In this document: piece by piece, positions 55,891 to 64,000 of the stretch
Numbering within the stretch: position 1 is the stretch's first letter
How the letters are laid out: the number at the start of each line of letters is the position of its first letter
Origin: Candidatus Latescibacterota bacterium
Lineage (GTDB): Bacteria; Latescibacterota; UBA2968; UBA8231
DNA length: 64,000 nucleotides
Direction: 5' to 3'
Assembly (NCBI GenBank): GCA_965248355.1
Contig: OZ252098.1
Coordinates: 928,001-992,000 of the forward strand
Notes under the pieces: generated by a model
The model's database searches: none
What the model saw: the letters and a program-made list of their open reading frames with translations, nothing else
What the model was told of the DNA's origin: nothing
Position numbers and translations under genes: made by a program

Positions 55891-57316
55891 GGGCAAGTCC
55901 CATTTTCAGTTGAAACGTAGCCCAGGCTCGAGTGGATGAGTCAGCCCGTCATCGCGAGCTGTTTGAGGCCGAGTTCGGCTTGGAGCGCTTGTCGGAGCAT
56001 CGGCAGGTGGTGGTAACCGTTGATCCGGCGCAGGCGAGGTTCGATGTCGAGCAACGCCGTGGCGACCCAGCGGTGACGCTGCGACGAGTTGGTCCAGCGC
56101 CGCACGTTGTGCGTCAACTGCTCCAGGAGACTGTTGACGTTCTCGATACAGTTGGTGGTACGGAAGGAGGCCTTCAGCATCGGCATCAGGCCCAGGCGGT
56201 GGAGCGTGAGGGTTTCTTGCTGGCCTTCCTCCAAGCTGCGCAGGGCCGACTGGTTCATCAACTGCAACCCCGGTTTCAGCGCCTCCAGGGCGGCTTGGGC
56301 CTCCTCGTACGTCGAGTGCCCATACGCCGCTTCCAGCTTTCGACGAACGCCGCCCTGCTCGCTCTTGGGCAGGTACGAGACCACGTTCTGGCGCTTGTGA
56401 TACTGGCATCGCTGCACGCAGGCATGGCCCTGGAGCACCGACCGCACTGCCTTGTACAGGCCCTTGCCTCCATCGATCACCACGAGCAGCCCGGCCTCGT
56501 ATTGCAGGCCCCGCTCGACCAGCTCCGCCAGGAAGCGACGACAGACGCGCTCGTTCTCGGTCGCCGCCTGCACGAAACCCAGAGGGATCTTGTGTCCTTC
56601 CACAGTGACGCCCAGGGCGATGAGGATTTCCTCGTCGGCAAAGCTCTTGCCGTCCAGAAACAGCGCCACCAGGTCGTAGCCTTCCAGGGATCGCTGCTGG
56701 AATTCGGCCAGCTTGCGCGCCGTGCCTTTCACATACCGGCGAGAGACCGAGGAACGGGACAGACCGAAGGCTTGCGGGACGGTCTCGGCGCAGGCCTCGT
56801 AGTTGCGCGTGGCCAGGCCCTTCAGCACCCGCAACAACAGCCCCTGATCCATCTGCCTCGGCGTCTGCAGGGCCTGGTAGGCCTCCAGCGGGACCTCGGT
56901 GCCGCGGACCACATCGCGCACGCGCGGCACCTCGACCGGCAGTTTCTGATCGCCCAGGTACACCGACCCGGCCTGCGCCCCCCAGCGGCGCAACGGCTGA
57001 TCCGGCCCCTTGCGCTGATACCGAGGTCCGGCCAGGGCCTCCACGCCCCGTCGCAGCTCCTCCCCAACCGCCTGCAGCCCCAGGGGGATCAGCAGCTGGA
57101 TGATCTCGATGCGAGTCTCCAGATCGTCCATCGACGCGGTGGCTTGGCGGTTCACGGGGCCGATGGTCACGGTCCGTTTGACGCCCCTTTTCCGTGCTTG
57201 TAGCTTGCTCATGGCAGGCTCCTTGGGTTACCGAATACGAGGCTTCTTGGCGATTTCTCGTATCAAACGTAACGATGGGAGCCTGTGTTATTTCAACTAA
57301 GATCGGGACAATGCCC
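55891..57316 (-). mobile_element. IS256-family insertion sequence
   Basis: Imperfect terminal IRs GGGCAAGTCCCATTTTCAGTTGAAA (55891-) and reverse complement GGGCATTGTCCCGATCTTAGTTGAAA (-57316) flank the transposase. Confidence 0.88.
55941..57212 (-). CDS. IS256-family DDE transposase
   Basis: VPRVR, G.STR-like GLATR, LFLDG (D), VIDGGKGL (D), QRCQYHK.RN-like, TTNCIENVN (E). Confidence 0.93.
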   Translation of the reverse strand: MSKLQARKRGVKRTVTIGPVNRQATASMDDLETRIEIIQLLIPLGLQAVGEELRRGVEALAGPRYQRKGPDQPLRRWGAQAGSVYLGDQKLPVEVPRVRDVVRGTEVPLEAYQALQTPRQMDQGLLLRVLKGLATRNYEACAETVPQAFGLSRSSVSRRYVKGTARKLAEFQQRSLEGYDLVALFLDGKSFADEEILIALGVTVEGHKIPLGFVQAATENERVCRRFLAELVERGLQYEAGLLVVIDGGKGLYKAVRSVLQGHACVQRCQYHKRQNVVSYLPKSEQGGVRRKLEAAYGHSTYEEAQAALEALKPGLQLMNQSALRSLEEGQQETLTLHRLGLMPMLKASFRTTNCIENVNSLLEQLTHNVRRWTNSSQRHRWVATALLDIEPRLRRINGYHHLPMLRQALQAELGLKQLAMTG

Positions 57317-58197
57317 GCTTTTCCCGCTTGCGGGTGTAGGTGTGCGCCATGCCGGTCTCGCAGGGCGTGCAGTAGAGCAGGCCGTTGAGCAGCGCCCCGT
57401 ACTTGTTGCGCACCTCTTGTCCGCCCGCCAGGCCGTTTCTTCGCAGGGTCTGCTGCACCTGCTGCCACAGATCGGGATCGACGATGGCGTCGTGTTCGCC
57501 CTCGTAGAGCGCGCCTTCGAACCGCACCTTGCCGGTGTAGAGCGCGTTGGTGAGGAGCCGGTACAACCCGTTCTTGGTGAAGGGCTTGCCGCCACACTCG
57601 TGGCCGTCCCTGGTGATCCAGCGCTTGGTGCCCCAGCCACGGCGGTCGAGCTCTCGGATCACGGGGATGGCGGCCTGGTATTCCAGATAAAGCTGGTAGA
57701 TCGTGTGCACCTGCGCCGCCTCCTCCGGGTTGACGAAACCGACGGCCTTCCGGAGCCACGTCGTAGCCCAGCACGGGCCGGCCTCCGATCCACTTTCCTT
57801 TACGCCGCGCCGCCGACACCTTGTCCTTGATGCGCTCGGAGATGATCTCGCGCTCGAACTGGGCGAACGAAAGGAGGCGATCCACCTTGTAGACCACCAC
57901 GCAGTCGACCTGGCCGGCTTCGATGTCGGCGCACAGGCGCTCGAGGGCGGGGCGCTGCATGTTGCCGCCGGTGAAGCCGCCGTCGTCGTAGCGGTCGGGC
58001 AGGCAGATCCAGCCCTCGGAGCGTTGACTGGCGATGTAGGCTTCGGCCGATTCCCGCTGGGCGTCGAGGCTGTTGAACTCCTGGTCGAGCTCCTCGTCGG
58101 TGGACTTGCGCGTGTAGATGGCGCAGCGGAGGGCGCCGTTTAGAATCGAGGCCGGCGCCGCTTGGGTCGCCCGGGCTGGGTGGAGGGTTCCGTTCAT
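57317..58197 (-). pseudogene. Large serine recombinase (resolvase + recombinase + Zn-ribbon start), internally deleted, frameshifted, IS-truncated
   Basis: RCAIYTRKST, NSLDAQ, YDDGG.TGGNM.RPAL, VVYKVDRL, FAQFERE.I.ERI.DK, GYD; continues in another frame with LL.N..Y.G, GEH.AI, LL.GLLYC..C. Confidence 0.88.
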
Positions 58198-58724
58198 GCG
58201 CTCACCTCCTCGTGCGTGCGCCGGCTCGCCGGGGAGTCGCCACCGGTCAGCCTGAAGAACAGGAACCCGTTCCATTTGCTGCCGGTGACTTCCCTGGCGA
58301 TGGCGGACAGAGACGGGTAGCGCCGGTTTTCGAACTCGAAGCCCTCGTCGAGGACTTTGACCGCGATGTCGAGGCCCCGAAACGTCCGAGCCAGCAGCGT
58401 GCCGGGCAGCGGCAGCCGGGGGTCTCGCGAGGGCGGGATGCGTCTCTTCGCGGTTCGTGCCCTGACCTGGGCCGAGCCCGGCTTGATCGGGTCACGCGGG
58501 GGGCGCTGCCGCAGATCGGCGTCGTTGGCCAGTTCCTTGGCCCGCCGCCGGGCGCGCTCGGACAGGTCGCCCTCGGCCACCGCCTGCAGGCGCCAGGCGA
58601 TGCGCTTTGCGCAGAAACGCCTTGTGGTTGGAGCGGGTTTCCTCGCCGAACACGTCGAGGTATTCCTCCCGGAGCTGGCCCAACGTCATGCGGGACAGCG
58701 CCTGACGAAGTCCTCCGGATTCAT
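58194..58724 (-). pseudogene. DUF2924-domain protein, frameshifted
   Basis: MTLGQLREEY..VFGEETRS.HK.FL | RIAWRLQA.AEG.LSERARRRA, DPRLP.PGT.L.R.F.G....VKV...GFE.....Y.SLSAIA..VTG.KWNG..FF.L; extra base at 58606-58608; ATGA overlap with recombinase. Confidence 0.8.
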
Positions 58725-59425
58725 GGGGCCCCGGGCGGGCGGTCTATCCGCCGCGCCCTCTCGGGGCGTTAACCGTGTTCATGAATGAGGCCCTTCGATC
58801 TCCCGAACAGTCAAGGCAATTCTCCCGTAACCGCCTGATAATATTCGGCTTTTTCGGTATTCTCCCCGGATTCTGGCGCCATCTGGGGGCTTCTCTGCAG
58901 GCGCAGGTATCGGGGATGGGCGCGAGGGTGGGCATCCGCTCCTCCTTTGCGGCCGGTGTGCCGCTGCTGGCAGAAAACCAGGGGAGGGGGACGTCGCGGA
59001 TGCCGGGGGACGGAACGGTCGCGGGGAGCCCGTTGGAGCCCCGCTCGACATCGCAAGCGCGATGCCGCCGGCACCCACAGCGGGCTCCGTGCTCCTGGCC
59101 GCTGCCGCTGTCTGGTGATCAGCCGAACCCCAGTGGTCCGGCTTCGCGTAGATACTACCGGAGCGGGTTAGGAAACGTCGACATCGGTCGACCGAGTGCC
59201 ACGAGAGCGTTAAACAAGGCGGAGTGATGAACGGAGAATGGGAGAATCAGGAAGTGAGATTTCGGACATCCGAGCGCAACCCCCACGGTTGCACTCGGAT
59301 ACCGAGCGGCTCGTTTCAAAACGGAGAATCGGGGAGGATGTGCCCAGCGGCGCAAGTGCTTGAAAGAGCGCCAGATACGACAAGCCCCCGAGGGGGTGAT
59401 CCTCCGGGGCTCGCGTTAACCAACA

Positions 59426-59445
59426 AACCGCCAAAGTTAGCGGTT
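59426..59445 (-). terminator. Hairpin directly downstream of tRNA-fMet
   Basis: Minus strand AACCGCTA-ACTT-TGGCGGTT followed by TGTTGGTT. Confidence 0.45.
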
Positions 59446-59452
59446 GGAAATT

Positions 59453-59529
<77 letters not shown>

Positions 59530-59539
59530 ACACGTATGG

Positions 59540-59567
59540 AATATACGCTCTCCAGGGGCGAATGCAA
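59540..59567 (-). promoter_or_regulatory. Putative promoter of tRNA-fMet
   Basis: Minus strand TTGCAT-16 bp-TATATT, 10 nt upstream of the tRNA. Confidence 0.6.
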
Positions 59568-59576
59568 CCCCCAGGT

Positions 59577-60917
59577 TTACCCCTGCGATGCCGTAGAGGC
59601 CTCGGTCCGGGCGCTCCCCCCGTTCGGGCGCCGCTTCATCTGCACCTGCGAGATTCGCTGCCCATCGACAGCCAGGATCGTAATCTCGAAGCCGGGGACG
59701 AGGATGGACTGCCCCGGGTCGGGCACATGGCCCAGGTGGTCATAGATGAAGCCGCCCAAGGTGTCGAAACCGTCGCTCGGAAGATCGGAGGCCAGGAGCT
59801 CGTTCAGTTCCTCGATGTTGATGCGCGGGTTGACCACCAGCACCTCGTCCGGCTGCCAGTGGTACAGGGTCTCCTCGGCATCGTACTCGTCCTGCAGCTC
59901 GCCGACGATCTCCTCCACCAGGTCCTCCGTGGTCACCAGGCCGGCCGTGCCGCCGTATTCATCCACGACGATGGCCAGCCGGGTTCGGGCCTGGCGGAGG
60001 TCGCGAAGCAACTGGTCGATTTTCCTGGTCTCGGGCACGTAGAAGGGTTCGTGCAACAGCTGAAGCCCCTTGCCGTCGCTGGTAGGGATCTCGTCCAGGA
60101 GGAGACGCATGGGAGAGTCCCCGTTGACGGGGCTCGGCATCCCCAGAAGCTGCAAGAGATCCTTGGCGTAGAGGATGCCCCGGATCGAGTCGAGGGACTC
60201 CTGGTAGACGGGGACCCGGGAGTGGCCCTGGTCACGGATCGTGTTCAGCAGGTCCGCCACGGTTCCGTTCATCTCCACGGCGGTGATATCGACCCTTGGG
60301 ACCATCACCTCGCGAACCACGCGGTCGTGGAAGCCGAAGACGCCCTGGATCATGTCTCGCTCCCCCTCGTCCAACACCCCGGTCTCGCCTTCCGAATCGA
60401 CCAGGCTGCGCAACTCCTCTTCCTTTTCCGCCTTGAACTCCTCGTCGGAATAGTCGGCGGCGGCGAGGCGTTGCACGACAGCGGCCAAAGGGCCGAGAAG
60501 GAGATGCATGGGGACGTACAGAAGGGTCAGAGCCGGGATCCTGGGATCCTCGCCTTCGACCTCGAAACGGACGCGGCGCGCAGTGGAGGCGGCGAGAAGG
60601 CAGAGCGAGACGACGGCGATGGCTGTTACCCCCAGGGCCGACCATTCGACGTCGAGCTGGGAGCGAAGCAGGAAGTACAGGGACAGGGTCAGGACGGCGG
60701 CGCAGAACCCCTGACCGAGGCGGGAGATCAGCAGCAGCCGGTGGCGCGGCTCGTGGACACGCAGCATCAGGGGGGCGCGAGGCACCCCGGCGTCTCTCAT
60801 CTTCTCCAAGGAGGACCGTGAAAGGACGCCGAAGGTCGCCTCGTAGCTGGCGAGGACAAAGAGCGCCGCAGAAGAGAGGATGGTCAGCGCGAGTTCAGCG
60901 ATTTGGGGAGGTTCCAA
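59577..60917 (-). CDS. Hemolysin-family / CorC-TlyC CNNM-CBS-CorC domain protein
   Basis: TM N-terminus, EEELR.LV, VREVMVPR.DI, GHSRVPVY, G.LYAKDLL, VPET..I..LL, AIVVDEYGGTAGLVT.EDLVEEIVGE..DEYD, DTLGG; start inferred at TTG 60917. Confidence 0.92.
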   Translation of the reverse strand: MEPPQIAELALTILSSAALFVLASYEATFGVLSRSSLEKMRDAGVPRAPLMLRVHEPRHRLLLISRLGQGFCAAVLTLSLYFLLRSQLDVEWSALGVTAIAVVSLCLLAASTARRVRFEVEGEDPRIPALTLLYVPMHLLLGPLAAVVQRLAAADYSDEEFKAEKEEELRSLVDSEGETGVLDEGERDMIQGVFGFHDRVVREVMVPRVDITAVEMNGTVADLLNTIRDQGHSRVPVYQESLDSIRGILYAKDLLQLLGMPSPVNGDSPMRLLLDEIPTSDGKGLQLLHEPFYVPETRKIDQLLRDLRQARTRLAIVVDEYGGTAGLVTTEDLVEEIVGELQDEYDAEETLYHWQPDEVLVVNPRINIEELNELLASDLPSDGFDTLGGFIYDHLGHVPDPGQSILVPGFEITILAVDGQRISQVQMKRRPNGGSARTEASTASQG

Positions 60918-60975
60918 GAATGGGCTCTCCAACTCCTTTCTGAAAAACAACCTGCCAGGGCTGTCGAGGAAGTCA

Positions 60976-61440
60976 TCACCGTGGTTGGACGAAGCGCTCC
61001 GTCTCCCTTTCCATGACGCCCAGTTCCGCAGCCGTCCGGTGGTCGAATCCCGCCAGATGCAGGAGACCGTGGACGAGAAGCCGGGCCAGTTCCTCCTCAA
61101 CGGTCACCCCCCGCTCCTCGGCCTGCGCAGCGGCCCGCTGCAACGAGATGTAGAGTTCGCCCGCCGGGGCCTCCAAGGTCGGAGGGGGAAGGACATTACC
61201 ACCTCCCGGGCGCCCGGCAGGGTCCCCGAGGAAAGAGAAGGAAAGGACATCGGTGTTCCGGTCCCGGCCGCGGTAGGCCGAGTTCAGGCGGCGGACCTCG
61301 CTGTCGTCGGTGAGCACGGCCTCCACGGGGCCGCCCGCGACATGCACGGAGAGAACCCTCCGGGCTACCGCCGTCAGGCGGCGGCGCGTCTCGGCCGCAA
61401 CGGCCTCAGGCAGGTTCGGGCTGCAGTGCAGTCGAAACAT
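60976..61440 (-). CDS. ybeY: rRNA maturation endoribonuclease YbeY
   Basis: LN..YRG.D..TDVLSF, GE.YIS, HGLLHLAGFDH. Confidence 0.95.
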   Translation of the reverse strand: MFRLHCSPNLPEAVAAETRRRLTAVARRVLSVHVAGGPVEAVLTDDSEVRRLNSAYRGRDRNTDVLSFSFLGDPAGRPGGGNVLPPPTLEAPAGELYISLQRAAAQAEERGVTVEEELARLLVHGLLHLAGFDHRTAAELGVMERETERFVQPR

Positions 61441-63682
61441 CGGCCTGGCTCCGCTGGGTCTGCCATGGATATTCGAGCCGCCCGTGCAGGGTGCCCATCA
61501 GTACGGGGAGGAAGGATTCCTCCACGCCGTGCAGGTCCCGCAGTGTCAGCGGGCATTCGTCGAGCTCGCCGGCGGTGAATTTCTGCTGAATGATGCGGCG
61601 CACGAGCTGACGAACGCGATTCGGCGTGTGCTCGGGGAGGGTTCGGGCCGCCGACTCGACCGAGTCGGCCAACATCAGGACGCCGGCTTCCTTCGTCTGC
61701 GGCTTGGGGCCGTCGTAGCGGAAGTCGTCGCGGCGCACGTTCTTGATGCCCTGCTCGACGGCGCGGTTGTAGAAGTACTCGATTACCGTCGTTCCGTGGT
61801 GCTGCGGGATCAGATCGATCAGCGCTTTCGGGAGCCCGTTCTCCTCGGCGAGTTCCACGCCGTCCTTGACGTGGGAATCGACGATCAGGGCGCTCATGTT
61901 CGGCGTCAGCTGATCGTGCGGATTGCGTCCGCCGCGGAGGCCCTGGTTCTCGGTGAAATACTCGGGCTTGAGCATCTTGCCGATGTCGTGGTAGTAGCAC
62001 CCGACCCGGGCCAGCAGGGGATTGGCGTCGATCCGCTGGGCGGCCGCCTCCGACAGGTTGGCCATGATCAGGGAGTGCGTGTAGGTGCCGGGTGCCCGGA
62101 TCGCCAGCTCGCGCAGCAGGGGCCGGTTCAGGTCGGACAACTCCAGGAGCGTGATATCGGTGGTGACGCTGAACAGACTCTCGAAGATCGGCAACAGTCC
62201 CTGGATGACGATGGGGGCCGCCACCCCGATGAAGATGCCGGGCAGCACGTGCTCGGGGATATCGTCGATGCTGACATATCGCAGCAGGTCGGCAGCGGCG
62301 ATCAACACGGCGTACGAGGCGGTGAGAAGGACCATTGGCCGGTAGAACTGGTTTCGGTGACGCACATGGCGCAGCGAGAACACGGCGACGGCGGAGGTGA
62401 GAGCGCAGATGAGGGCCACGTAGAAGTCGCCGAACAGGCTGCCGATGAACAGGGCGAGAAGAAAGGAGACGATCAGTGCGAGTTGTGGGCTCAGCAGGAT
62501 CGTCAGCAGCATGGCCGCCAGGGGAGTGGGCACGAAGAAGGTCGGAATACCGTTGGCCCGAATGTAGGAGGCGATGGCCGCCGTCGACAGGGTGATGATG
62601 GCGAGAAGCAAAAGCAGGTTGGGGCTGTCGAAGACCGCCCGCTCTCGGGCGCCGAGGTAGAAGCCGAGGACCAGGACGATGAAGCCGGCAATCACGGCGG
62701 CGCTCAGGATCTGATACAGGCTCGTTGCGAAGTCTTTCTCCGCCACCTCCGTGAGGTGCTCGGCGAGAGCATCGAGGGCCTCCACGTGGTGGGGCTCGAC
62801 CTTGGCGTTCTTGTCGACGATCATCTCGTCCTGCAAATAGCGACGCTTGATCCGAGCTACGCTTCTCCGGGCCTCCTCCCGCTGCTGCCTGGTAAGCGCC
62901 GCATCCACGACGACGTTCTCGGTGACGAACAGGCCGAGCAGCTCGTGCAAGGCCTCGGCTGCCCCGCTTGAAGCCAGCGAGGGATAGTTCTCGATCAGGG
63001 AGAGGAGTTCCCCCCGTCTCAGGGAGCCGGCGTCGTAGAGGCCGTCGATCAGGATGTCCTGTCCGTCGAGGCGTGCCTGGTGGGTAAGCGTCGTGAGGGT
63101 GTCGGCACGAGACGCCAGGATGCCGGTGGAGTAGGCATCGCCGAGTACCTGCTGAGCGGCCTGCCGAAAGGCCGCGATCGTGTCGGGCGGGGCCGTGGAC
63201 AGCGTCGCGATCAGCTTCCGCAACGCGTTTTCGGACAGGGAGCCAATGACGTCGGGAAGCGCTCGCTGCAGGCGTCTGTGCTTTACGGACGCGGGCATCT
63301 CCATCCGTATGTTCGGCAACAGCACGGCAAAGACCGAGTCGAGGCGAGAGAGCTGGCGGTCCTTTACTTGGTGGTGCAGCGACAACTGGGTCGGCACGGC
63401 GCGCTCGGCTTCATGCCGCTCCCGCTCCAGCTCCTCGGGTCCCTTGCGCACGAAAAAGGCCTGGCTGGCGTTGATGCGTTCTGGAGCGATGCTGCCGACG
63501 CGCAGCTTGGTGACGTGATACGGGCGCTGAAAGGGGGAGAGGTAGGTCAGCAGAGCAAGCGCGGCCAGGGCCAGCCCCAGCCGGTACAGGCGAATGCCGG
63601 CGACCCCGGGCCGGCCCTTCCTCTGACGGCCCTGAGGCGACGCCAACGAGGTCCATGAGCGTCTGAGGGAGGGCGTCTTCAC
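61406..63682 (-). CDS. 7TM-HD (HDIG) membrane phosphodiesterase, PgpH-like
   Basis: Extracellular domain, 7 TM helices, [13 protein letters not shown]...APGTY.HS..ANL.E.AA, YYHDIGK, YF.ENQ, QHHGT, FRY.GPKPQ.KE...LMLAD..E.A.R. Confidence 0.92.
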   Translation of the reverse strand: MKTPSLRRSWTSLASPQGRQRKGRPGVAGIRLYRLGLALAALALLTYLSPFQRPYHVTKLRVGSIAPERINASQAFFVRKGPEELERERHEAERAVPTQLSLHHQVKDRQLSRLDSVFAVLLPNIRMEMPASVKHRRLQRALPDVIGSLSENALRKLIATLSTAPPDTIAAFRQAAQQVLGDAYSTGILASRADTLTTLTHQARLDGQDILIDGLYDAGSLRRGELLSLIENYPSLASSGAAEALHELLGLFVTENVVVDAALTRQQREEARRSVARIKRRYLQDEMIVDKNAKVEPHHVEALDALAEHLTEVAEKDFATSLYQILSAAVIAGFIVLVLGFYLGARERAVFDSPNLLLLLAIITLSTAAIASYIRANGIPTFFVPTPLAAMLLTILLSPQLALIVSFLLALFIGSLFGDFYVALICALTSAVAVFSLRHVRHRNQFYRPMVLLTASYAVLIAAADLLRYVSIDDIPEHVLPGIFIGVAAPIVIQGLLPIFESLFSVTTDITLLELSDLNRPLLRELAIRAPGTYTHSLIMANLSEAAAQRIDANPLLARVGCYYHDIGKMLKPEYFTENQGLRGGRNPHDQLTPNMSALIVDSHVKDGVELAEENGLPKALIDLIPQHHGTTVIEYFYNRAVEQGIKNVRRDDFRYDGPKPQTKEAGVLMLADSVESAARTLPEHTPNRVRQLVRRIIQQKFTAGELDECPLTLRDLHGVEESFLPVLMGTLHGRLEYPWQTQRSQADVSTALQPEPA

Positions 63683-64000
63683 GTCGAAGACACGGGCTGG
63701 GTCCCGTGCCCGTGCCTGTCCCTTGCCTCGGTCGTTGTCCGCCGACTCTCGCCCTGATGCTCATAGGCTTGTACGATCCGCTGTACGAGGGGGTTGCGCA
63801 TGACATCACGCTCGGTCAGGTGAATGAAGTCGAGACCATCGATGTCGCGCAGTACACTGCGCACGTCGACCAAGCCGGATACCTGCCCTTCGGGCAGGTC
63901 GGTCTGGGTGATGTCACCCGTCACGACCGCCTTGGACCCTGCGCCCAGGCGGGTGAGGAACATCTTCATCTGCGCGGGGGTCGTGTTCTGCGCCTCGTCG
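63679..64000 (-). CDS. phoH: PhoH-family ATPase (5' truncated by window edge)
   Basis: [39 protein letters not shown]. Confidence 0.95.
   Translation of the reverse strand, partial: DEAQNTTPAQMKMFLTRLGAGSKAVVTGDITQTDLPEGQVSGLVDVRSVLRDIDGLDFIHLTERDVMRNPLVQRIVQAYEHQGESRRTTTEARDRHGHGTQPVSST

Noticed and set aside
55906..58275. 789-aa recombinase-transposase fusion ORF
   Set aside because: After the recombinase frameshift it is out-of-frame read-through across the IS; not a real fusion
58744..59434. Short ORFs between DUF2924 and tRNA-fMet
   Set aside because: No recognisable motifs; probably non-coding element end (only a 10-bp AACGGAGAAT repeat noted, too short to interpret)

Overview
High-GC (by eye about 70%) bacterial chromosomal segment, densely coding, with about 50 genes. 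No CRISPR array or rRNA is visible. 1-52.7 kb mixes housekeeping genes with many paralogous small-molecule and sugar-acid catabolic enzymes. Housekeeping genes: peroxiredoxin, KamA-type radical SAM, rny, dxr, queD, a group-2-like sigma70, tRNA-Asn, pabB/pabC fusion, panB, RNB nuclease, lnt. Catabolic genes: enolase-superfamily dehydratases, Gfo/Idh/MocA, FGGY/PfkB/GHMP kinases, DHDPS-like, amidohydrolases, cupins, SSS/MFS/MATE transporters. This repertoire resembles uncultured FCB-type heterotrophs (Latescibacterota/Poribacteria-like; inference only). From 64 kb leftwards runs the conserved phoH-(7TM-HD)-ybeY-corC...lnt block. It is interrupted after an initiator tRNA-Met by a ~6 kb, partly lower-GC, decayed integrative element. 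The element holds DUF2924 and large serine recombinase pseudogenes, an intact IS256 with no target duplication that truncates both neighbours, a frameshifted secreted IPT/TIG + metzincin protease, a 37-G run and a YWTD-like remnant. The strongest candidates for undescribed biology are: (i) a stand-alone sigma70 region-4 gene coupled to lnt, preceded by a long-hairpin leader and a terminator; (ii) an operon with an atypical GHMP kinase, a His-ligand enolase-superfamily enzyme, a CoA-transferase and a tandem DUF5069-like protein; (iii) an AbfD/HpaB-family flavoprotein lacking both canonical active-site signatures, next to fadN. Start codons were adjusted by eye from RBS and stop/start overlaps. 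Family calls come from motif recognition, not database searches.
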